Program-made: the position numbers and the translations under genes
DNA from: Neophaeotheca triangularis
Taxonomy: Eukaryota
Length of the DNA: 64,000 nucleotides
Assembly (NCBI GenBank): GCA_054600435.1
Contig: BAAIJX010000040.1
Location: 62,001-126,000 of the forward strand
Direction: 5' to 3'
Notes under the pieces: generated by a model
Database searches by the model: none
Seen by the model: only the letters and a program-made list of their open reading frames with translations
What the model was told of the DNA's origin: nothing
In this document: positions 19,847 through 32,169 of the stretch, piece by piece
Numbering within the stretch: the first letter of the stretch is position 1
Layout: the number at the start of each line of letters is the position of its first letter

Positions 19847-21660
19847 TCACGAGATAAAACTCCACACGTTGATGAGCGTTGTGTAAACCATGGCGACGAA
19901 TCCGAGCAAAAAGAGCGAGATGTCGAGAGCTTTAGTCCAAGGCCTATCGGCTACACCGTAGTAATGGAGCAACGGCGGGTAAATGTAAACGAGCGGCACG
20001 CAGGCGAAGGAACCGATGATGGCGACGAATCTAGCAGAGCGTATTAGCATTGACAGTATGCAATCGTGGAAATTCGTTAGTACAGGCGGACTCACTTGTC
20101 GAGATCGGCAGCTCCGACGATGGAAATCAATACCACTGCCACCATCATTCCTACCCTCAGCGCGTTCTTCTTCCACTTGGTGGCGAGCGAGCGCTTGCCA
20201 GTGGCCTTCTCGCCAAAGAGCGAAGTCTCGATGATGCGGACGGCAGGGAAGAGCTGCACGGGGTTGCCAACTAGCACTGCCAAACAGTACAGGAATTGAA
20301 CGGAGTTTACCAGGGGAGAATCCTGCGGGTAGTTGCTGATGACCTGGATCATGGTATCCTCGCCAAAAGTCGCGTAGCAAAGCGCACCAACGGAGGTGAA
20401 GATGGCCGTGATGATGAACATGATGATGTAGAGAAGCATCGGAAACTTCTCGGGTTCAGCCATGCTGGATTGAATGGGTAAGAGTAGGCCAATCCCTTCA
20501 AAGGTGAAGATTGCACTGCCAATCGTGAGTGTGAAGCTCGCAGGGTTGAACAGCGTCACACTCTTGTCCATGCCACGGAAGGCCAGAGCGCCAATGTCGT
20601 ACCACCAAATGTATACCAGACCGATCAGGATGAAGACGTCGGCGAGCAGAGCCGCCGGCCCGAGCTTCGAGATGTTGCGGATCAGCGCGAGAGGCACCAG
20701 AATTACGAGTTGCAAGGCGATGAGACCGGTGATATCAACTGGGATAGACCGGTTCTTGGTAATAGCATCCAGGAAGGCATACAGGTTTTCGGCTGTGAAG
20801 ATGATACCGGCGCAGACGAAACCCAGCTGGGAGAGCGTGATACTCGCAAGCACCAAGGAGCGGAGCCGTGGGCCAACAATGGCTCCAGCCAACTCTCCAT
20901 AACCTCCACCATACTTCTTACGTGCCTGTAGTAGCAATCTAAAGCAGACGGTGGAGATGATAGAGACCATGATAAGAGTGATTGACGAGAACAGAATCCC
21001 GCCGTTCCTGAAGGCCTTGGGCAGGAACATGATGCCAGTCCCGATGAAGGCCTTGAGTAGCGTGAAGAACGTCTTGGTGGTCGATGCATCCCCTTCCTTC
21101 TTCGGCCGGCGAGAACTCTTCCTTCTGCCAAGGAGGGGTCTACGCTCCGACGGCTGCTCATCGTCACCGTCGTCGATAGCAGACTCGTCGTCGTCGTCGT
21201 CGCTGTCGCGGAGATCTTCACCGGCAAAGCTTCCATACAGCTCGAGGAAGGAGATAAAGTTGCTAGTCACTGGCGCGGCACTGAGGGTCCTGTGCAATCC
21301 TTTGCGCTGCATGTGCTGTCTTCTGAAGCCTCCTGGTAGCCGTTGCTCGTTTACCGCTAGTACGTCTTCATCATCGTGGAGGCGAGGGAGTACGCCAGTT
21401 CCTGCAAATGTAGCAGATCTTTGCGGAGCCTTGGCTCTGGCTTTGACCTTGAAGATATCACGATGGATGTCGCCACCCTGCAATTTAAGTGAGGATTCCG
21501 CGGGGGTGTCGCTCAGATTTGGGGCTGAAGCACTTCCTTGGTCGCCAACACCACTGGCAACAACATTCGGTTCAGCGGAGTAGCCATCCGGGAGGTAGGT
21601 GTCGACGATTTTGGCGTCACGCCTAACGGTCGAGTTGCTGCTTGCGGGGGTGTCGGTCAT
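19847..21660 (-). CDS. Vacuolar amino-acid transporter (AAAP family, Avt3/Avt4-like); exons 21660-20096 and 20030-19847
   Basis: SSLKLQGGDIHRD, PGGFRR, FLELYGSFAGEDL, LLKAFIGTGIMFLPKAF, FTFEGIGLLLPI, DLDK|FVAIIGSFACVPLVYIYPPLLH; 65-nt intron at 20031-20095. Confidence 0.9.
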
Positions 21661-22059
21661 GATGGGGGAGTGGGATGGGAGGGTCTGATGTCCTGGGTTG
21701 GCAGAGCGCGGCCGCCTAGCTTTCTCGATGTGTCATTCGAATTCACAGGTCACGTCTCAGGTCAGAACCACACAGGCCGGTGGGAAAAGACGGCGTTTAG
21801 GTGCGAAGGAGAGATGTACAGATAGGTTGGGACATGTAGAAGTGCCTCGATGTTTTCTACGCTTCTAAAAGGGGAAAGTAAGTCGGTGCTTGGCGGAAAT
21901 TCGAACGTCATGGCCTCAAGCCTGGAAGGTTTCGAGAACGTCGTCTAGACTTTTTGACTCGTAAACCATAAACTGGGTATCATTCTCGGCTTGCAACCGC
22001 ATCCCGTACTACACCCAACCTTGGGAAGGAGAGTTCAACAAAAGCCTCACCCTCTCCTC

Positions 22060-22998
22060 ATGGCCACCCGTAACCCCCTCGCGTCTCTACCCAGCGGCGT
22101 ACGACAACTAGTATACCAGCGCCTCTCCTCCAACCCCCATTCTCGACCCAGCATACCACTCCGCCTGCAACCCAGTGTAGCAGCCCGCACGGCAGCCCGT
22201 CGCAGCCATGGCACATCCACCTCCCAATCCTACACCAGCTCCGTCAACGAGACCGAAGTCTCCCACTTCAACGCCCTAGCCTCCTCCTGGTGGGACCCCC
22301 ACGGCTCCTCACGACTCCTCCACCTAATGAACCCCCTCCGCCACACTTTCATATCCCACTGCAAAGCAAGCGAAACCATCACAACCAGCCCACCAAACAA
22401 CCAAGGACAAATCTACCTCGACATCGGCTGCGGCGCAGGCATCTTCACCGAGTCCGCCGCCCGCCTACCCAGCACGGCCACCGTCACAGGCCTCGACCCG
22501 ACCCCCGAAGTCATCGCCGTAGCCCGCCAACACGCCCGCCAGGACCCCATACTGCAGCCGCGGAGCGGTAAGCTTCGCTACCGCAACCACGCGCTCGAAG
22601 ACCTGCCGGCGGACTTCCCGCAAGTCGACGTCGTCTCGCTGTTCGAGGTCATCGAACACATCCGGCACCCGGCGCCCTTTTTGGAGCAGTGCCTGCAGCG
22701 GGTGAAACCGGGTGGTTGGCTGGTGGGCTCGACCATTGCGCGCACGGCGAGTAGTTGGTTCACGACCAAGTTCATGGCTGAGGAGGTTCTGAGGTTGGTG
22801 CCCAGGGGTACGCACGAGTGGGGCCAGTATATCATGCCGGAGGAGATGAGGGAGTGGGCTGTGAAGCAGAGGGGTGTGGAGGAGGGGAGTTGGAAGTGTC
22901 AGGGGGTGGTTTATGTTCCCGGAGTTGGGTGGAGAGAGGTCAATGGGAGTGAGGCATGGGGAAACTACTTCTTCGGTATGAGGAAGAAGGCGGTATAA
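22060..22998 (+). CDS. COQ3: Ubiquinone biosynthesis O-methyltransferase, mitochondrial
   Basis: Arg/Ser-rich presequence, EVSHFNALASSWWDPHGSSRLLHLMNPLR, SAM motif LDIGCGAGI, FEVIEH, VPRGTHEW, GNYF. Confidence 0.93.
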   Translation: MATRNPLASLPSGVRQLVYQRLSSNPHSRPSIPLRLQPSVAARTAARRSHGTSTSQSYTSSVNETEVSHFNALASSWWDPHGSSRLLHLMNPLRHTFISHCKASETITTSPPNNQGQIYLDIGCGAGIFTESAARLPSTATVTGLDPTPEVIAVARQHARQDPILQPRSGKLRYRNHALEDLPADFPQVDVVSLFEVIEHIRHPAPFLEQCLQRVKPGGWLVGSTIARTASSWFTTKFMAEEVLRLVPRGTHEWGQYIMPEEMREWAVKQRGVEEGSWKCQGVVYVPGVGWREVNGSEAWGNYFFGMRKKAV

Positions 22999-23463
22999 GC
23001 TTCGTTCATGGCCGAGATATTGGTAGAGCCCTGTACCAAAACAGTCTTTGGGATGTTTCCGTGGTAGCTGACCATGGGAGCATTGTTTTAGGGTCAGAGT
23101 TGGTGTAAGTTTACCCTTCTCCCTAGATCGTATTAGCTGTAAGCACATAATAATACCACGACAAGTCTGTCTTGAGACCGCTCAGCTAGCATGGTCGCGA
23201 TATCGCTCGAGTCCAGTCGTAGATCTACAACCAATCGTGCAGCAGCAGGCGTAGATACTGGACAGCTACAGTACGTCTTTGGGTTTCAACAAGGCCAGCC
23301 GAAACAATTCTTTCAAATTGTACCGTCTCACTCCCACCGTTTGATTGTGCTTCTTACCGGTACTTGAAGCTCGACGACGCGACATCGAAGTGCTTGCTTT
23401 GTCAACATCGCCAAATCTAATTAGAACCTTGTGGGTGGGTACCCAGCTTACAAGTGAATTTTC

Positions 23464-23534
23464 AGTAGTAAATCTAGGAGTAGACCCAAAAGTGAGTCCA
23501 AGAGTGAATTGTAGAGTGAAACCGGAGTATAAAC
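23464..23534. repeat. Degenerate 12-bp-period array (RRAGTRRA core)
   Basis: AGT recurs at 23467, 23479, 23491, 23503, 23515 and 23526. Confidence 0.6.
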
Positions 23535-23796
23535 TATAGCCGTGTCTGAAATGCCCACGAGCATGCTGTCGACTGATATATACCGTGCATCTGCTGACTC
23601 TGTATAGAGCACGGCTAACCCAACCCACTGCCTCCCATACGCCCTAAGCTAATCCGGACCCTCGCCCATCAAACGCCCATTCGCGTCCTCGGTGGATGTA
23701 AACCCCCCACCATGTCACTCCAAATGCCCGAGCGCAGAAAAACGGGCAAAATTAAGAAACCCTCTCTTTCCCCAAAGAGTAACCGATCCCAATCCC

Positions 23797-25605
23797 TCAA
23801 AGCCTCCACCTATGCCCCGGATGCCTCCAGTCCAAATCCTCAATCTGCTGCCTACCAAGCCCGACCAGCTCGGCATCGGCGTCGACCCTCTCGCGCTTCT
23901 TATTGTTCGCCTTCATCCAAAACAACAAGCCAACGCAAAGCAGCAAAATCGTGCTACTAGTCGCGAGATTCAAGCCATTGCCGACGGGGTAATTCGGCCC
24001 GTTGGTGGGCAAGAAACTCCAGGTGGAGATCAGGCCGCCGATGTTGCCGAGCATGACGACGGTGCCGATGGCGGAGCTGCGGGCCGTGTCGCTCACGACG
24101 TTGGCGGATGCGTGGGCGTTGCAGAGGGCGCCGAAGGCGAAGGCTCCCGATGCGATGATGAAGGTCGCGCCGTAGCGGACCATCGGCTGGGCTGCCGTCG
24201 TCGTGAGGAACATGATGTAGCCGACCATCATCATGGGGGCGCCGACGATGAGGAAGATGATGCGGTTGTCGAATTTGCCGGAGAGGAGGGGGAAGAGGAC
24301 AGTGAAGAAGGCGCCGACGACGTAGGGGGGCACCGTGTTGAGTTGTTGGTTGACGACGGTTTCGTCGGGGTAGATTGTTGCTACGATGGTCGGGGCGAAG
24401 AAGGCTAGGCCTTGCACGGTGATGTTGTCGAGGAGGAAGATGAAGGCCGTGGTCATGACGACGGGGTTGAAGATGCCGCGTAGGGTTTTGGTCACGTCGA
24501 GTTTGTCTAGGACTTTGGTGGCGCCGACGCGTTCGGATTTCACGCGGGCATCGGCCAGGGCTTTTTCTTCGGCGGATAGCCAACGAGCGGTTTCTGGACG
24601 GTCGGTCAAAGTGATGAAGGAAATGAGGGCGAGGCCGATTGTGATGACGCCTTCGATGCCTGAGGGGGTGGTTAGTCTTCTGCCAGTGGTCGGCTCACGA
24701 GAGAGGGGTTTTAAGGCTCACCGAAAATCATTCTCCAGGACGTGAGGGAGCCGAAATTGTCAAGGGTCAGGATGCCGCTGGCCAATAGTCCGCCAAATGC
24801 ACCCGCAAGCGGAGCCATTACAATGTACAAGCTCAGTCGGAAAGCAAGCTCGCTCCTGCGGTACCATCGGCTGAGGTAGTAGGCAATACCGGGCAACATG
24901 CCTGCCTCAAAGAGTCCAAGCAAGAAGCGCACTCCACAGGCCTCAGAGAAGGTGTCGACGAAAGCAAACGTCACGGTCAAAACCCCAAAACCCAGCGAGA
25001 TGGCGGGAATCCACCAACCGGGACCAACCCATTTGCACAAAATGTTGGAAGGGATCTCGAAGATGATGTACGAGATGTAGAAGACGGAGAGTAGGGCGTT
25101 GAAATCGTAGCCTGTAAGCTCCAAATCGTCCTCGATGTTGGCCTGGAGATGTTGGTTAGTTGGGAGATGGTGGTGTTTTTGGGAGATTGGTTTTTACTGA
25201 CGAGGCGAGCGTTGCCGATGTTGGCCTGGAGAGTTCTGTCAGCTAGAGCCAGGGGAGTGGGGGGTTAGTTTTTGGGTCGGTGGTTTGACATACCCTGTCG
25301 ATGAAGCAGAAGAGGTAGAGCAAGGCCACGGTGGGAACAATGTGCAAGTCGATTTTCCACCGCAGTCGTCTTTCGGCTTCTTTGTCGTACACGAATGAGG
25401 AGTGGCCATAGCTAGGAGGCGGTGTTAGACGGTCGTAGTTCTCAGCCTAGCCTGTAGAATGGAAGAAAGAGGCTCACGGATCAGAGGCGGAGAGATCAGA
25501 GGAATCGGACGCTTTTTGGTTCTCGATGCCGTTCTTTTCGTCGGTCATGGTCTCGGGTGACGACTCGACGACAGCATTTTCGGGGTCGCGATGCTTGGAC
25601 AACAT
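23797..25605 (-). CDS. MFS transporter of the anion:cation symporter (Dal5/Tna1-like) family; exons 25605-25478, 25411-25294, 25225-25202, 25142-24722, 24659-23797
   Basis: ERRLRWKIDLHIVPTVALLYLFCFIDR|ANIGNARL|, FEIPSN, RFLLGLFEAGMLPG, SRWYRRSELAFR, WRMIFG|IEG, DRPETARWLS, DLDWRHPGHRWRL. Four GT-AG introns, including a 24-nt microexon. Confidence 0.9.
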
Positions 25606-26953
25606 GGTCGCCGATGATCTGGTCTGATATAGAGTGCTAGAAAGCTGCGATTTGACGGATGGTTTGCAGGAGTCTGTTGGGATCTAGCCTCGCGATCAGC
25701 AGGGCGCGGAGACAGCAAGTCGGTCAGTACTGAGGAGGCGATCAGAACAGTTTCCCGGCCTGATTGTTAGAGAGAAGAAATGGAAAATGGGGGGAGACGT
25801 CAAGAGTTGTGGTGTTTGAGCGGGCGACAGGTCGCATCCAAACCCAATCTCAAACGGCTCGCAAACTACTATTATATAACCAACTAATAACTTAACTATC
25901 TAATGCGGCTAGGGGCAGTGACAACCTTAACATGATGTTCCAAGGTTGTCGGTTGCTAACGTTACTAGAACTGTACTTGCTACACCCCTGGTCCCCGGCG
26001 GCGGCTTGCTATCCTGGTCGCTGGCTCAACAACGCGGGGTGGATGGACCACTGGACTTCCTTGGCCATGTCTTGTTTAGGCCGTTTAGCATTCGCCCCGA
26101 AACCCGTTGGATACGCGCTTTCTCGTTGGTTGATGACGGGACTCGTTGAAATTCTGGCAGCTCTCGAGTCTCAAGAGTCAAGAGCCGTGATTCTTTACCG
26201 TGAAGCCGCAATCGTTTGCCGTGCTGCCCTGTTCATTATTATTGTTGCATCCCTCCGCATGCTACTCCGCAAAGGATGCAGCAAGTCTGGGGTCCCCACG
26301 ATGAAAGAGCCTCACTGCCGCCAATAAGGCATGGAAGACACCCCCTCACTCTTGTCGTGATTTCTGTCGTTCCAACTGTCTGAAGGCAGCGCCAAGACAA
26401 GCGAAAGTCACGCTGCGCAGATGAAGGCGGAATAGGAGAGGTCGAGGAAATATGCACGTGTCCCAAGACATTATTTTGGGTTAGCTAGAGCAGACGAGGG
26501 ACCATCATCTCGCCTCCAAGCCGACGTGTGAGACGTGGCCGACCCTTTTCGCAACAGGCAATGGAAACTTTCGACTCTTCTCCTGTTCCGTCCGGCCTTT
26601 CCAATTTGCTTTTCTACCTTCTCGGCGAGTCCACAACAGTACCTTAATGTACAATAACAGTAGCGGCGACAGTGCTAAACAATAATAAAAATAATGTTAT
26701 ACTTTCTGTTAGCGGCTATGCTGCCTTTTCGTCCCTTCGTGTCCATCTATTTGCGGCTCACATATACACGTGACAGCACAACACGTGTTGCACGTTGAGC
26801 TGCTACAAGTCTACAACAGTTAGTAGTGACAACACCACCTCATCCAGCCAGTCCGGCCCCCGGCTATCTCCTGATTTCTCCTAACAACCTTACCTTGGAA
26901 GACATCAACACGCCGTGCCGTCACCGTCACAGTATGCGCCGCGGAGCTCAAAC

Positions 26954-26988
26954 CTGACACTGACACTGACCCTGACCCTGACCCTGAC
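26954..26988. repeat. (CTGACM)6 hexamer microsatellite in a divergent promoter
   Basis: ctgaca ctgaca ctgacc ctgacc ctgacc ctgac read directly. Confidence 0.85.
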
Positions 26989-27767
26989 TTGATCTCGAGA
27001 CATCTCGAGCGATGCGACCAGTGCCACTACCTAGTTGTACTCTACTGTCCTTTGTGCCAGGCCCTGACGTTAGCGTCCATGTCTCGTTTTGACTTGCCGC
27101 CGCCACATGTCGAGTCGAGTACTGTAGTCGAAAGATCGGCTGCACCAGGTACCTGCATAGGGAGCCGTGTCGATTGCTGCAAGACTATTGAAATAACTAT
27201 TTCACCCTGCCTATTCAAAGTGAGTTACCAAAAGGTCCAAGGTGCTGTAGATACCTTATAACGAGTATTTGGCGTCCAAATACGGGAGGTTCTTCGGAGC
27301 CCTGCAGTGGGTGGCCATTCGAGTCGAAACGCCCGTGGATACTCCGACAAGAACAAAAAGTAGGATTGCACGTCTGCACGCTCAAGCATTATTTTGCACT
27401 CAAAACCACATGAGATCCACGGGGGATTGTATACCTACCTTATCATACCCAGCAACATGTCCAGTGAGCAAGAACCACGGCAGTCTGTCAAAGCGAGAAA
27501 GCCCAGTGCAAAAGGTAGGCAGTCACCACCATCATCACCACCGCCGTCACTCTCTCTATCACGTCTCTCCCTCCCTGCCGTTGGTGTATACCTTATCTTG
27601 CTATTCTCCATCTCGATGATTTGCGACACACAATGACCTCGCATCCATTCAAAATCCCATCTTCGCCACCCTAGCAAGCCATCTATCCTCATTCCCAGCG
27701 ACCTACCGAGCAATCACACCACGCAGTAAAAGTCACGTTTCTACGCCAAAACACCTACGACCACACC

Positions 27768-29441
27768 ATGTCCTCCTCTACGCGAGGTCCGAGACACCAC
27801 ACCCAATGTATTCATCCCAAGCCACTCAAACTGACTTGCCTACCGTAGAGGCCGCCTCAGACATCCACACTCAATTCCGCAACGCCCACGAAGGCCACAA
27901 ACCGCACGCCGGTCTCGACCCAAGCCGCGCTTCCACGGGAGTCGTCTGGACGACTGAGCGCGCCTACGAACACGGCTTTCTCGACGACCCATCGGCATGG
28001 GCGAACCTGGGTCAAGGTGCGCCACAAGTCGACGATGGGATCGAGGGCTGCTTTGAGCGGCCTAAGCATATTGATGTCTCCCTGACTGGACGCGAGTACG
28101 GGCCTACGGCGGGTATCAAGCCGCTCAGACAGGCTGTCGCGAGGCTCTACAACGAGCATCATCGTCAAGGTAAGGAGAGTCAGTACACTTGGGAGAATGT
28201 CTGTATCGTGCCTGGTGGTAGGGCTGGATTAATCAGAATCGCTGCCGTGCTCGGAAACGCGTGAGTCTAATCCACATCCTTTCAAGCCTTTCCTCTGAAG
28301 GTAGGGAATTTCTGAAATGCTCATATTTCTGATTGTACAGCTATCTGGGCTTCTTCATTCCCGACTACACGGCCTACAATGAAATGCTCAGCCTGTTTAA
28401 GAGCTTCGCTGCTATTCCTGTGCCCCTCTCTAAATCGGACAAGTACCACATTCACCCCGAAAAGATCGCGGACGAGATCTCGCGCGGAACCAGCGTCATT
28501 TTAACTTCCAACCCGAGGAACCCGACTGGAAAGGTCGTCAACAATCCCGAACTGGCTGAGATTCAGGACATCTGTCGCGATCGTGCCACCCTCATCATGG
28601 ATGAGTTCTACGGTAAGTGAGAATCATGCGCCCATTGTCAATCGTGGCCCTCCCCCCAAGCAGAGCCACTGGCTTACAGGGATTCTCCTCAGGCGGCTAC
28701 AACTACACAACCTCGTGCGACGGCACCGTAATCAGCGCAGCCGACAACATTCACGACGTCAACGGCGACGACGTCCTCATCATCGACGGCCTGACCAAAC
28801 GCTTCCGCCTACCCGGTTGGCGTGTGGCCTGGATAGTCGGACCCAAGGACTTCATCAAAGCCATCGGTAGCTGTGGCTCGTACCTCGACGGCGGCACCAA
28901 CGTACCCTTCCAAGAAGCTGCCATACCTCTGCTCGAACCGGCAAAAGTGCGAACCGAGATGCAAGCCCTGCAACACCACTTCTGCTCCAAGCGTGATTAC
29001 GTCGTGCAGCGATTGGAACAGATTGGTTTCCGCTTGCCGTATATCCCCGATTCGACATTTTACATGTGGCTGGATCTGGAGTTGCTCCCAGAGTCGATCA
29101 ATGATGGTTTGAAGTTTTTTCAAGCGTGTTTGGAGGAGAACGTCATTGTCGTGCCGGGTATATTTTTCGACCTCAATCCTTCACGCCGGAGAGATTTGTT
29201 CGACAGCCCTTGCCATCATTTCGTGAGGTTGTCGTACGGGCCGAAGATGGAAGTTTTAAAGATGGGTCTGGACGGTATCGAGCGTGTTGTCAAGAAGTGA
29301 GTTTCAACCGTATCCTCTGTTCTCGAACGTTCCTCGTTGACAAAATTCTCCAGACACGGCGGTTTTGCCATGGACAAAGCGACAGTCAAGCAGGAGGGTC
29401 CAGAGAAGACGACCACAGCAGGCCATGGCGAGCACCACTAA
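27768..29441 (+). CDS. PLP-dependent class I/II aminotransferase; exons 27768-27786, 27849-28260, 28341-28612, 28693-29296, 29354-29441
   Basis: WANLGQGAP, EYGPTAGIKPLRQAVA, ILTSNPRNPTG, MDEFY, PLP lysine in DGLTKRFRLPGWR, VPGIFF, VRLSYG. Introns restore frame; first and last exons are less certain. Confidence 0.88.
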
Positions 29442-29542
29442 GAGGACCATTTAAGCCACCAATTCACTCCCAACCCACCCAAACCTAGACTAGCGCCCCT
29501 CAGACAGAAAACCAAATCCAGAGCACTTCAGGCCACAGCCTC

Positions 29543-30337
29543 TCACTCCCCCACCCCCTCCCCCCACCCCCAAACACACCACTCAATAGGCGCCTCTTCA
29601 TCCAGCCCCAACCCCTCATACTCCTCCTTCTCCACCCTCCCATCGCCCCGACACCGCAGCCCCAACCCCTCCATCCTCGCCCACAAATCCCGAATATGAT
29701 CCAAATACGCCACACGCAAGGGATAACAAAAAACCACCCTCGAGCCGCTGGCCCGCCTCAACCAGGCCTCGACAACCCCAACCACCAGCCCCGGCTGCGC
29801 CTCATCATAACAGCAATCCGCAGCAACAACGACATCGAACCCGGCCTCCCAGCCCTCCCCCGCGGCCTCCCCCCCTCCAACCTCAGCCACAACCCGCCTC
29901 CTGCCCCCCTCCAACCTCAAAACCCCCGGCTCCCGCCAATCCAACCCCCCACTCCGCGCCTCGGCCCCCAACCCCGCAAGCCCCGCCCCATTCGCCCGCA
30001 CATTCGCCTCAACCCCGGCCTCCATGGCCGGCAAATCCGTCAGCACCGCTCGCGCTTTCCAGCGCGCCGTCGCCGCCAGCCCCGCCAACCCCGTTCCCGC
30101 GCCCAGCTCTAGGAGCTTGAGTTGCGGCGCCGAGGACGCGGGCGTCGGCATGGGCAGCGCGGGTAGCGCGTTTGCGAGCACTAGCGCGCTGCCCCAGGTC
30201 GAGAGCGGGAGGTTGTCGGCTGTCAGGCCGCGGGTTTCGTGGATGCGGATCGCGTGGGTTCGAGGCGGGGTTGTTGGGGTGGAGGTGGGGGCGGGGGTGG
30301 AGAGCGGGATGTGGAAGAGGCCGCTGCCTTGGTTCAT
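29543..30337 (-). CDS. Methyltransferase-16-family protein lysine methyltransferase (Efm2/Rrg1-like catalytic domain)
   Basis: LTADNLPLSTWGSALVLA, SAM motif LELGAGTGLAG, LTDLP, LDW, VAADCCY. Confidence 0.8.
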   Translation of the reverse strand: MNQGSGLFHIPLSTPAPTSTPTTPPRTHAIRIHETRGLTADNLPLSTWGSALVLANALPALPMPTPASSAPQLKLLELGAGTGLAGLAATARWKARAVLTDLPAMEAGVEANVRANGAGLAGLGAEARSGGLDWREPGVLRLEGGRRRVVAEVGGGEAAGEGWEAGFDVVVAADCCYDEAQPGLVVGVVEAWLRRASGSRVVFCYPLRVAYLDHIRDLWARMEGLGLRCRGDGRVEKEEYEGLGLDEEAPIEWCVWGWGEGVGE

Positions 30338-31027
30338 TGTCTCTTTTTTTTCTTCTTTTTCTTTTCTTATGTATTATGTTTGTTCTGCTTTTTTTTTAAT
30401 GAGGAGGTCTGGGGGGTTTTTTCGATGCCGAAGCCGGGCTCCTGTTTGTTTGGTTGTTTTTGGCCTGTTAGGTTGCTTTGTGGTGTCCTGGGTGGATTGT
30501 TTGCTCGTCTTTTCACTCGTTCGTGGCTACAATACTGTGATTTTGCCCGGGGGGGTTTGATTCGAGAAGGGAGAAAAATGTTGATAATAAAAAAACCCGA
30601 TAACACTGGGTAGCCCGACTGCTTGGGCAAGAAAAGTGGCGACGACGATTGAAAGTGTCGGCGATTGCCTTTTGCTGTTTTTACAAAAGTTTCTCAATCT
30701 TGCAAGCCTTGGTCGGGTACAACTTTACAAGCCAGCAGCTTTTGGAAGTTACGGGAACGAGAGAAATTATTATTGAATGGGTGGTGGGTGGGTGGTGGGT
30801 GGTGGTGGTGCTTTTTGCCTCGGCCGAGAATGCGCCGAACTCTGATGGAAACCATTGACAGGTGTTCCGTGTCTAGTTTACGTGAGTTGGGGGGATGAAT
30901 TGGAGAGTTGAACTAGCTAGGGAAGTAGATTTTGAAATATAAGAAGCGGAGTTTTGGAAGTAGACTGTTCAATAGCTGTGAATGTTGGAATAGATAGAGT
31001 AGCAGGAAGGGAATGGGCAGGTTGGTT

Positions 31028-31121
31028 AGAGAGTGAGATGGAAGTAAGATAGGGAGTGATGTGGGAAGTGATGTAGGAAGTAAGGTAGGAAGTGATATGG
31101 GCAGTAACATGGGAAGTCAAC
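31028..31121. repeat. Degenerate 12-bp minisatellite (GGAAGTRAnRTR, about 7 units)
   Basis: GGAAGTAAGATA GGGAGTGATGTG GGAAGTGATGTA GGAAGTAAGGTA GGAAGTGATATG GGCAGTAACATG from 31040. Confidence 0.8.
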
Positions 31122-31449
31122 GATAGAGAGAACGATAGAGGGAACTTGTAATGACGTGAACTGAAGCAAGGAAAAGAGAGGGCTAAAGTGAGTGGCGCTG
31201 GTCGTCAACTGCTAATAGATTGACTCCTAATCATGTGCGACGGACTTGTGGTATGAGAGATACATGCCCATTCTAAACACGTCGAGCTGCAACAAGAATG
31301 CAGTCATGTTGGAACATAGACCCAGAGCGAAAACCAATACTTGCATAGTACACGTTATACCAGATGATCTTACCGACCCAAAACCACCAGACCCCAACCT
31401 TCGCGCGTCCTTCCCTGCCGCCCGGATCGCTAGCCGGCAAGACCTCCCT

Positions 31450-32169
31450 TTACCCCATTGCCCCAACGACACCAGCAACAGCAACAGCAACCACAACCCT
31501 CTTGACACCCCTCACCCTTCCCTCGCCCACGCCTCCCGTAGCCGTAGCCGCAGCCGCAGCAGAAGCTTCCAACTTCTCCGCCCCGGCCGTCACAGGCACC
31601 ATCTGGAAATTCCTGCTGGCCTGGTCGCCCGTCCAGACGCGAGTGGTGGTGCTCGTCGTCGCCGTCTCGGTGAGCGAGAACCCGAGCTGGATCGTGCAGT
31701 CGACGCTCGTCGTGCCGGCGAGTTTGCACGACTGGTCGACGGTGAGCTGGGCGCTGGAGGTTTCGATTTCGGATTGGATGGACAGGGCGCTGGGGCCTTG
31801 GGTCAGGGTTAACTGGGTTGGGTGTTAGTTGGGAGGGAGTGGGTGGTGGGAGGTGTTGGGTCGGGGGGACAAGCGCACGGTTGCTTCGGGGTTGCAGAAG
31901 TTGGGGTCGCCTTTGGTGCAGACGATGGCGTAGGTGGTGTCGCCGCCGGCTTGGGCGTCGATTACCGAGGCTACGAAACTTCTGTCCGTGTTGAGGAGGA
32001 GATTTGCGCTTGTTTGAGCCGGGACAGAGGAGAAGGAGGCGGTTGTTGTGGCGGTGGCCGTGGGATTGGGGGTTATGGAGGCCAGATCAATGGATGGGGA
32101 GGCGGATTGAGCATGGGTTTGGAGCGCCAGGGCGAGCGCGCTGGTTACGAGGAGGGTTGGTGTGAACAT
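31450..32169 (-). CDS. Secreted Ser/Thr-rich protein, probably GPI-anchored; exons 32169-31879 and 31812-31450
   Basis: Signal peptide MFTPTLLVTSALALALQTHA; ASVIDA..TTYAIVC..C..|LTLTQGPS...SCKL..TTSVDCT...VPVTAGAEKL; hydrophobic end VVVAVAVAGVVGAMG. 66-nt intron GTGCGC...CTAAC...CAG. Confidence 0.8.
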
